NCBI GenBank assembly: GCA_030658975.1
Contig: JAUSBL010000112.1
Span: 14,248-78,247 of the forward strand
Length of the DNA: 64,000 nt
Origin: Candidatus Latescibacterota bacterium
GTDB lineage: Bacteria; Krumholzibacteriota; Krumholzibacteriia; LZORAL124-64-63
Direction of reading: 5' to 3'
Shown: positions 57,249-64,000 of the stretch, piece after piece
Numbering within the stretch: position 1 is the first letter of the stretch
How the letters are laid out: each line of letters opens with the position of its first letter
Notes under the pieces: generated by a model
What the model was told of the DNA's origin: nothing
What the model saw: the letters and a program-made list of their open reading frames with translations, nothing else
Databases searched by the model: none
Position numbers and translations under genes: made by a program

Positions 57249-58477
57249 GGCGCGGCGGCCTCCGGGGCTTCGATCAGCTGCCGCGGCGAGCGCTGCCGGG
57301 GCTGGGCGGGCTCGTGCGGCCGTGGCGCGGCCGGCTCGATGGAATCGAAGGCTCCGCACTCGGGGCAGTACCAGCGCATGCCGTCGTGGGCGGCGCCGCA
57401 GTTGCGGCAGGCCCAGGCCGAAGCGGCTTCGGGCTTGGCCAGCGTCAGCCAGATGCGCGTGAAATCGCTGTCCGGCAGGTCGTTGACCAGGGCGCGCAGC
57501 AGCGGCGAGGCGACCGCCGGCGTCAGACGGGGATCGCCCGCCTTCTCCTCGAAGACCTGCACGGCCATCTCGCGGTCGCCCATCTTCTCGTGCAGCAGGG
57601 CCAGGGCGATCCACAGTTCCGGCGGCGCGTTGGGATTGCGGCAGGCCGACTCCAGGATGGGCACGACGCGGCTGTACTGGCCCGTGGCCAGCAGGGAGCG
57701 CTGCAGCACCGGCAGGAACAGGTGCACCAGTTCGGGCGCCTTCAGGAGGCCCTCGGTGGCGACCTCGGCCGCGCGCTCGTGCTCTTCCTCACCCAGCCGC
57801 GAGAGGGCCTGGACGAACATCGCGGCCGGGGCGCGGGGGCTGTCGTCGGCGATGTAGCGGGCGTACCGCCGGGCGTCGTTGAAGTCGCCGCGCAGGGCGG
57901 CGCGCACGCCGCGGTCGAGTTGGAAGGACTCGTAGTGGTCGAGGAACAGCTTGCGCTCGTTCGGGGCGGTGCGGCGCGCGGCCTCGCGCAGGGTGCGGGC
58001 CGCGGTCGATTCGTCGCCCCGGCCCAGGGCCTGGCGGAAGCGGGCCGACCAGTAGCGCGCCGACGTCAGGTTGTGGCGCTGCAGTTCGTCCAGGAGCTCG
58101 CCGGCCTCCTGCCAGCGCTTCAGCACGAGCAGGTCCTCGACCAGGGCGAGCGTGACCGAGATGCGTTTCTGCGGCGTCAGGGAGGGGCGCGCCGCGAGGC
58201 CGCGGTGCAGGGCCATGGCCCGCTGGGCCTCCCCGCGCTTGCGCAGCAGGTTGCCGAGCTGCAGGTAGGGGTCGACCGCGTCGGGGTCGCGCGCGATGGC
58301 GTCGCGCAGGGCTTCGGTGGCAGCCGGCAGGTCCCCGGCCAGCCACAGCTCGAGCCCGCGGGTGTAGCTGTCCTCCTGCTCCGGCTTGGCGCGGCGTCCG
58401 CGCCAGATCAGGCCGAGCGCTGCGGCCACCAGGGCCAGCAGCGCGATGCCCAGCAGCAGGGGTTCGGCGTTGCCCAT
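57245..58477 (-). CDS. lapB: lipopolysaccharide assembly protein LapB (YciM): N-terminal TM, TPR repeats, C-terminal rubredoxin-like zinc ribbon
   Basis: TM anchor, multiple TPRs, C-terminal CRNCGAAHDGMRWYCPECG. Confidence 0.8.
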   Translation of the reverse strand: MGNAEPLLLGIALLALVAAALGLIWRGRRAKPEQEDSYTRGLELWLAGDLPAATEALRDAIARDPDAVDPYLQLGNLLRKRGEAQRAMALHRGLAARPSLTPQKRISVTLALVEDLLVLKRWQEAGELLDELQRHNLTSARYWSARFRQALGRGDESTAARTLREAARRTAPNERKLFLDHYESFQLDRGVRAALRGDFNDARRYARYIADDSPRAPAAMFVQALSRLGEEEHERAAEVATEGLLKAPELVHLFLPVLQRSLLATGQYSRVVPILESACRNPNAPPELWIALALLHEKMGDREMAVQVFEEKAGDPRLTPAVASPLLRALVNDLPDSDFTRIWLTLAKPEAASAWACRNCGAAHDGMRWYCPECGAFDSIEPAAPRPHEPAQPRQRSPRQLIEAPEAAAP

Positions 58478-58478
58478 G

Positions 58479-58799
58479 TCAGTCCTCCTCCTTGAACAGA
58501 TCCATGTCCTGCAGGGGCATCGTGCGCAGCTCGGCGATCTCGCGATCGCGGTTCTTCAGTTCGCGGCCCAGCCGGTGCATGCGCGTGCGCAGTCCCAGTT
58601 CGCGCAGGCCGCCGACGACCAGGCTCACCAGGATCCCCGCCAGGAAGGAGCCGACCAGCACCATGTACAGGGGGATCTGCAGCCACTGCCAGTGCAGCAG
58701 GCGCAGGTCCACGCTCTGGGAGCTGTTCTGCGCGAAGAAGACGGCCAGCGTGATCACGGCCAGCAGGATGATGATCCCCTTGAAGATCCACACGGCCAC
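58479..58799 (-). CDS. lapA: lipopolysaccharide assembly protein LapA (YciS)
   Basis: 106 aa, two TM helices plus a coiled-coil tail. Located immediately upstream of lapB. Confidence 0.7.
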   Translation of the reverse strand: MAVWIFKGIIILLAVITLAVFFAQNSSQSVDLRLLHWQWLQIPLYMVLVGSFLAGILVSLVVGGLRELGLRTRMHRLGRELKNRDREIAELRTMPLQDMDLFKEED

Positions 58800-58805
58800 A
58801 CCTCG

Positions 58806-60140
58806 TCAGTTGATGGGTTCCGCCTCGAATGTCGACGCCTCGCAGCCGGTCACCCGGACCCGGACCAGATCGCCGGGCCGGTGGTCGCCGCCGTGCAGCA
58901 GCACCTTGCGGTTGTTCGGGGTCCGCGCCCGCCAGCTGCCGGCGGGACGGCGCGCCTCCGCCTCCACGGCGACCTCCCAGACGGCGCCCGTCTGGGCCGC
59001 GGCCAGATCATCCCAGATCGCGTCCTGGACCGCCATCAATTCGGCCAGACGCTCTTTCTTGGCTTCGGGCGGCACGTCGTCGGCGAGCTTGGCCGCGGGC
59101 GTGCCCGGCCGCTCGGAGTACTTGAAGCTGAAGAGCAGATCGTAGCGGACCTCCCGCACCAACTCAAGCGTCCGTCGGAAGTCCGCGTCGGTTTCTCCGG
59201 GGAAGCCCACGATGATGTCGCCGCTGAAGGTCACGTCCGGGATCCAGCGCCGGGCGGCGGCGACCATCGCCAGGTAGCGGTCCCGGGTGTAGAGGCGCTT
59301 CATCCGGCGCAGGACGGCGTCGCTGCCGCTCTGGGCCGGCACGTGGAGCCAGGGGCAGGTCTTGTCCAGGGCGGCGATGGTGCGGATCAGGTCGTCGGTC
59401 ATGTCGCAGGGGTGGCCGGTCAGGAAGCGGATCCGCTCCAGGCCGTCGATCTCCTCGAGCCGGCGCAGCAGGCCGGCGAAATCCAGGTCGCCGCTGCGGT
59501 AGGCCGTGACGTTCTGGCCCAGCAGGGTGACCTCCCGGCCGCCGCGTTCGACGATCCGGCGGATCTCCGCCTCGATGAGCAGGGGCGCCTTCTCGCGCTG
59601 CGGGCCGCGGGTCTCCGGCACGATGCAGTACGTGCAGCGGTAGTCGCACCCCTTGTGGATCGTGACCAGGTGGGAGTTGTTGGTCGGGTACGCCTCCGGC
59701 GGCGCGACGTAGTGGACGTCGTCGCGGTGGCCGACCGCTACCGGCGTCGGGGCCGGCTCGCCCTGCAGGAGGCCGTCCAGCAGGTCGGGCAGACGGTCGT
59801 ACTGGTCGACGCCGGCGACCAGGTCGGGGCCCCGGCCGCCCGCGACGAAGCCGCCCTTGAGCCGCTCGGCCATGCAGCCGCACACCCCGACGATGTCGGC
59901 GTTGGCCAGACCGCGCCGGCGCAGGCTGCGCAGTTCGCCGATGCGGCTGAGGATCTTGTGCTCGGCCAGGTCGCGCACCGAGCAGGTGTTCAGCAGGACG
60001 ACTTCGGCCTCCAGCGGCGAGTCCGAGCGGGCGTAGCCGCGCGCGGCCAGGATGCCGTGGATGGCCGAGCTGTCGTAGGCGTTCATCTGGCAGCCGTAGG
60101 TCTCGATGTGGACCCGGACGCTGCCGCGCTCGGCGCTCAT
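58806..60140 (-). CDS. miaB: tRNA-2-methylthio-N6-dimethylallyladenosine synthase MiaB
   Basis: UPF0004 (VHIETYGCQMNAYDS), radical SAM CDYRCTYC, TRAM domain. Confidence 0.85.
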   Translation of the reverse strand: MSAERGSVRVHIETYGCQMNAYDSSAIHGILAARGYARSDSPLEAEVVLLNTCSVRDLAEHKILSRIGELRSLRRRGLANADIVGVCGCMAERLKGGFVAGGRGPDLVAGVDQYDRLPDLLDGLLQGEPAPTPVAVGHRDDVHYVAPPEAYPTNNSHLVTIHKGCDYRCTYCIVPETRGPQREKAPLLIEAEIRRIVERGGREVTLLGQNVTAYRSGDLDFAGLLRRLEEIDGLERIRFLTGHPCDMTDDLIRTIAALDKTCPWLHVPAQSGSDAVLRRMKRLYTRDRYLAMVAAARRWIPDVTFSGDIIVGFPGETDADFRRTLELVREVRYDLLFSFKYSERPGTPAAKLADDVPPEAKKERLAELMAVQDAIWDDLAAAQTGAVWEVAVEAEARRPAGSWRARTPNNRKVLLHGGDHRPGDLVRVRVTGCEASTFEAEPIN

Positions 60141-61543
60141 CGGCCACCCCCTCTCCCTGAAGCCGCCACGGCGGCCGGGGACGGCACGAGCCCCCTGCTG
60201 CGCTGGACCACGGTGGCGCACAGCAACCCCCCGCGCCGGCCGTCCGGACGCGCCAGGACGAGGTCCCCCGGCACCCAGCCGTCGGGCACCAGGACCGTGG
60301 CGAAATTGCCCGTCGTGGCGGGCAGCCAGCCGTCGGCGCGCCGGGGGGATTCCACGACCGCCTCCTGCCAGGCGCCGAGCAGGCCGTCCTCGAAGCGCCG
60401 CTGCAGGTCCCGACCGGCAGCGGTCAGTCTGGCGGCCCGCTCGCGCACGACAACCGGCGGCACCGGCGTCATCGCGGCGGCCGGCGTCCCCGGACGGGGC
60501 GAGAACGGGAACACGTGCAGGTAAGCCAGGGGCAGGGAAACCGCCAGGTCCAGGGTCGCCCGGAAATCCGCCTCGGTCTCCCCCGGGAAGCCGGCGATCA
60601 CGTCGGCCCCGATGCCGATCCCCGGCCGGGCGGCGGCCGCGGCCTCGACCGCGCCGACGACGGCGGCGGCGGTGTAGGGGCGCCGCATCCGGGCCAGGAC
60701 GCCGTCGGCGCCGCTCTGCAGGGAGACGTGCAGGTAGGGCTGCAGGTGCGGACGCTCCGCGTAGAGCTTCAGCAGGGGCTCCCCCAGGTCGTCGGGATGC
60801 AGGCTGCCCAGGCGCACCCGCAGGTCCGGGAAGCGCTCCAGGATCGCCGTCAGCAAGGCGGGCAGGCCGGCTGCGGGCCCGACGTCGCGGCCGTAGGCGC
60901 CGAGGTGGACGCCCGTGAGCACGATCTCGGGCACGCCGCGCGCCTGCAAATCGGCGATCTCCGCCAGGATCTCCTGCGCCGCCCGGGAACGCGAGCGCCC
61001 CCGGGCGCGCCAGACGAGGCAGAAGGCGCAGCGCAGGTCACAGCCGTCCTGGATCTTGACGTGGGCGCGGGTGCGGTCGGCGCCCGAGAGGCGCGTTTGC
61101 GGGCCGGGCAGTGGCCGCGCGCGTTCGGGCCGGCCGACCTCGAGCAGCGGGGCGTCGGCGGCCAGCACGCGGGGCAGCCAGTCCGCGATGGCGTCGCGTT
61201 CGCCGACGCCGAACACGCCGTCGACGCCCGCGAGCGCGGACAGGGCCGCGGGCTGGGCCTGGGCGTAGCAGCCGGTGACCACGACCTTGGCCGCGGGGTT
61301 GCGGCGGCGCGCCTCGCGCAGGGTCTGGCGGGCCTTCTGGTCGGCGCGGGCGGTGACGGTGCAGCTGTTCAGGACGTAGACGTCGGCGGCGGCGTCCCAG
61401 TCGACGATCTCGCAGGCGAGACCATCCGCGGGGCCGCCGGACAGGCGGGCCATCATCGTTTCGGTGTCGTAGCGGTTGAGCCGGCAGCCGAGCGTGTGGA
61501 AGGCCACACGCACGGGCCGACGCCGTCCGTCCTGCCCGTCCAT
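60137..61543 (-). CDS. MiaB-family methylthiotransferase, MtaB/YqeV-like
   Basis: VAFHTLGCRLNRYDTE, radical SAM CDLRCAFC, C-terminal TRAM. Start overlaps the miaB stop. Confidence 0.8.
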   Translation of the reverse strand: MDGQDGRRRPVRVAFHTLGCRLNRYDTETMMARLSGGPADGLACEIVDWDAAADVYVLNSCTVTARADQKARQTLREARRRNPAAKVVVTGCYAQAQPAALSALAGVDGVFGVGERDAIADWLPRVLAADAPLLEVGRPERARPLPGPQTRLSGADRTRAHVKIQDGCDLRCAFCLVWRARGRSRSRAAQEILAEIADLQARGVPEIVLTGVHLGAYGRDVGPAAGLPALLTAILERFPDLRVRLGSLHPDDLGEPLLKLYAERPHLQPYLHVSLQSGADGVLARMRRPYTAAAVVGAVEAAAAARPGIGIGADVIAGFPGETEADFRATLDLAVSLPLAYLHVFPFSPRPGTPAAAMTPVPPVVVRERAARLTAAGRDLQRRFEDGLLGAWQEAVVESPRRADGWLPATTGNFATVLVPDGWVPGDLVLARPDGRRGGLLCATVVQRSRGLVPSPAAVAASGRGGGR

Positions 61544-61657
61544 GTCGCGAGTCGCTCCTTCGGTCGGATCCGGCGCGCACGGGCCGCCCGGATGGGAGAA
61601 GGGGGTGGCTCGACGCCACCCCCATCGCTCGTCTGCGCCGGATCGGTGCGGGTCGGG

Positions 61658-63592
61658 CTAGGAGCCTTCGCCCACGCCGTCCAGGTCGCCGATCGGCGAC
61701 GCCGGGATGTCCACGGCGGCGTCGGCGTACTCGTCGGCGCCCTCGGGGTCGATCTCGGTCTCCACCACGTCGTCACGACGCGGGTGGGCCGCGATGTAGG
61801 CCTCGAGGGTGTCGCGCGGCTGGTCCTTGTAGAACTCGGCCACCGACAGGACGATGCGCCGGTTCTCGGCGTCCATCTTGATGACGTGCATCGGCAGCGT
61901 CTCTTCCTCGTGGAAGAAGAACTGCGGCTTGTCCAGCTTCGGGATGGCCAGGTGGCCGACCGGAACGAATCCCTCGATGTCGTTGCCGATCTCCACCACC
62001 ATGCCGTGGTCCAGCATGCGGATGACCTTGCCCTCGACCTGGCGGCCCACCGGGTAGTCCTCGGCGAGCGTCGGCCAGGGGTTGTCCTGGAGCTGCTTGA
62101 TGCCCAGGCTGATCCGGCGCTTCTCGGCGTCGATGTCCAGGATCTGCACCTGGACCAGGTCGCCCTTGCGCACGATCTCCTTCGGGTGGCGGACCCGCTT
62201 GGTCCACGACATGTCGGAGATGTGGACCAGACCGTCGATGCCTTCCTCGACCTCGACGAAGGCGCCGAAGTCGGTCAGGTTGCGCACGCGGCCCTCGATG
62301 ATCGTGCCCACCGGGTAGCGCTCGTTGAGCGACAGCCAGGGATCCTGCTCGGTCTGCTTCAGGCCGAGGGAGATCTTCTCGTTGCCCTTGTCGATCTTCA
62401 GGACCATGACCTCGACGTCGTCGCCGATGGACAGGATCTTGCTCGGGTGCTTGATGTGCCGGGTCCAGGACATCTCGCTGATGTGGATCAGGCCCTCGAT
62501 GCCCTCTTCCAGCTCCACGAAGGCGCCGTAGTTGGTGATCGAGACGACCTTGCCCTGGACGATGGCCTTCTCGGGGTACTTGGCCTCGACGTTCTCCCAC
62601 GGGTAGTTCTGCAGCTGCTTGAGGCCCAGGGAGATGCGCTCGCGGTCGCGGTCGAAGTCCAGGATCTTGACCTGGATCTCGTCACCGATGTTGACGACCT
62701 CGCTGGGGTGCTTGACGCGGCCCCAGGACAGGTCGGTGATGTGCAGCAGTCCGTCGATCCCGCCGAGGTCCACGAAGGCGCCGAAATCCGTGATGTTCTT
62801 CACGATGCCCTTGCGGACCTGGTCCTTGTCGAGCTCGGACATCAGGTTCTTCTTCTTCTCCTCGCGCTCGCGCTCGAGCACGATGCGGCGGCTGACCACG
62901 ACGTTGCGGCGCCGCTTGTTCTTCTTGATGATCTGGCAGTCGATCTCCTTGCCGATCAGCTGGTCCAGATCCGGCACCTGCCGCAGGGCCACCTGGGAGC
63001 CGGGCAGGAACGTGTCGACGTCCCAGAGCTTCACCACGAGGCCGCCCTTGATGCGGCGGTCCACGATGCCCTTGACGACCTCGCCGTTCTCGTGCGCCTG
63101 CTTGATCTTGTCCCAAACCTTCAGGAAGTCCGCCCGCTCCTTCGACAGCACGACCAGGCCGTCCTGGTCCTCGAGGTGCTCCAGGAACACGTCGAAGGTG
63201 TCGCCGACCTTGATCTGCGTGGCGCCGAATTCCTCGATCGGGATGACGCCCTCGCTCTTGAAGCCGATGTTGAGCAGGACCTCGTTCTCGCGCACCTCGA
63301 CCACGGTGCCCTGGAGGATCTGTCCCTCCTGGATCTCGTTGAGCGTCTGCTCGTACTGGTTCAGCAGCGCCAGCATGTCGAAGTTGGCCGCGTCGCCGTC
63401 GTCGTCATAGTCGCGGTTGACGATGCTCGAGGCGTCGAATTCGGTGGTCAGCTTCGGCGTGGTCGGGACCCGGGCGGCCGGGTAGTCGTCGTCCTGCTCC
63501 TCGCGCCACTTGCGGGACGGCAGGGGACGGTCGGATCCGGAAGAGTTCGAATGGCGTGCAAACGAACCCCCCGAGTTGGGGTTGGGACTCAT
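61658..63592 (-). CDS. rpsA: 30S ribosomal protein S1 with roughly 75-aa N-terminal and roughly 55-aa acidic C-terminal extensions
   Basis: Six S1 repeats. ATG 63592 is preceded by a perfect AGGAGG SD at 9-nt spacing. Confidence 0.93.
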   Translation of the reverse strand: MSPNPNSGGSFARHSNSSGSDRPLPSRKWREEQDDDYPAARVPTTPKLTTEFDASSIVNRDYDDDGDAANFDMLALLNQYEQTLNEIQEGQILQGTVVEVRENEVLLNIGFKSEGVIPIEEFGATQIKVGDTFDVFLEHLEDQDGLVVLSKERADFLKVWDKIKQAHENGEVVKGIVDRRIKGGLVVKLWDVDTFLPGSQVALRQVPDLDQLIGKEIDCQIIKKNKRRRNVVVSRRIVLEREREEKKKNLMSELDKDQVRKGIVKNITDFGAFVDLGGIDGLLHITDLSWGRVKHPSEVVNIGDEIQVKILDFDRDRERISLGLKQLQNYPWENVEAKYPEKAIVQGKVVSITNYGAFVELEEGIEGLIHISEMSWTRHIKHPSKILSIGDDVEVMVLKIDKGNEKISLGLKQTEQDPWLSLNERYPVGTIIEGRVRNLTDFGAFVEVEEGIDGLVHISDMSWTKRVRHPKEIVRKGDLVQVQILDIDAEKRRISLGIKQLQDNPWPTLAEDYPVGRQVEGKVIRMLDHGMVVEIGNDIEGFVPVGHLAIPKLDKPQFFFHEEETLPMHVIKMDAENRRIVLSVAEFYKDQPRDTLEAYIAAHPRRDDVVETEIDPEGADEYADAAVDIPASPIGDLDGVGEGS

Positions 63593-63718
63593 TGTGTGGT
63601 TCCTCCTAAAAGACGGATTTACCCGACGATCGGCCGGGCATGTCGCGGAATATACACGCATTCGGCAGCGTTGGCAAGGATTTCGGCGGGTTGCGGCGTC
63701 CCGGCCCAGGACGGGGGG

Positions 63719-64000
63719 TCACAGGGGGGGACGGCTGCGGAAGGTGCGGGCTTCCTTGCTCATAATGGCGGCGCGGACCCGTTCGGCGGCTTCCCGCTCC
63801 CAATCGGTGAAGGGGTGGCGCTCGGCGGATCGTTCCTGGAGCTCGCGGTAGATCGCCTCGAAGAGCCGTCCGATCTCCCGGCTGAGCGCCCGCGGTTCCA
63901 GCCGGCGTCCCAGCACCGGCAGGGCGTGCAGCCTGATGGCGGGGGCGAACGAGACCTCCAGGGGCGCGCGGGGGCCGCCGCCCGGCTGGGGGGCCAGGGT
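63719..64000 (-). CDS. C-terminal fragment of an unidentified protein (gene continues beyond window end)
   Basis: The reading frame stays open to the window edge in the antisense direction. No family recognised. Confidence 0.2.
   Translation of the reverse strand, partial: TLAPQPGGGPRAPLEVSFAPAIRLHALPVLGRRLEPRALSREIGRLFEAIYRELQERSAERHPFTDWEREAAERVRAAIMSKEARTFRSRPPL

Overview
This is a 64 kb chromosomal segment with about 70% GC. The multihaem cytochromes, LptE/LapAB envelope genes and an NtrC-regulated EPS locus point to a Gram-negative bacterium, possibly delta-proteobacterial or Myxococcota-like. Coding density is high and almost every sense-strand ORF has a recognisable product. Long antisense ORFs are high-GC artefacts.

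Content from 5' to 3':
- A partial NrfD-like membrane subunit followed by a 13-haem c-type cytochrome.
- tRNA-Cys and tRNA-Leu, then a GT4 and a GT2 glycosyltransferase.
- dnaK, followed by a group-2-like sigma-70 factor.
- tRNA-Val, then thrS-infC-rpmI-rplT-pheS-pheT.
- zapB-like, zapA and rny.
- folD, ispA, dxs, nadK, recN, then tRNA-Arg.
- An exopolysaccharide locus behind a sigma-54-type promoter: UDP-sugar dehydrogenase, C4-epimerase, Wza-like exporter, priming sugar transferase and an NtrC-family regulator.
- lptE-like and holA.
- A DUF4870 membrane protein and an orphan PqqD/RRE-like protein, then tRNA-Arg(CCT), apt and a LysM/M23 peptidase.
- An acetate-uptake operon: a CRP-like site, DUF485, actP, a porin-like beta-barrel, a periplasmic sCache_2-PAS sensor fused to a DUF294/GlnE-like nucleotidyltransferase, and a calcineurin-like phosphoesterase.
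- A minus-strand block containing tRNA-Pro(CGG), pcm, surE, GT2, an LpxL-family acyltransferase and tRNA-Pro(GGG), followed by MerR, gpsA, plsY, der, DUF512, tRNA-Gly, miaA, mutL, a hypothetical regulator, mutS, a SPOR protein, lapB, lapA, miaB, an mtaB-like gene and rpsA.

No CRISPR array, transposase, integrase or phage genes were recognised.

The most interesting candidate is the sCache_2-PAS-nucleotidyltransferase sensor plus metallophosphoesterase embedded in the DUF485-actP operon. I infer it is an undescribed carboxylate-responsive nucleotidylation switch. Other leads are a putative attenuator leader upstream of infC with a non-AUG start, a sigma-54 promoter driving the EPS genes, an AT-rich inverted-repeat island beside an orphan RRE-like protein, and an uncharacterised regulator-like protein between mutS and mutL.

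CDS coordinates come from the supplied ORF track refined by codon counting. tRNA and site coordinates were read by eye and may be off by 1-2 nt.
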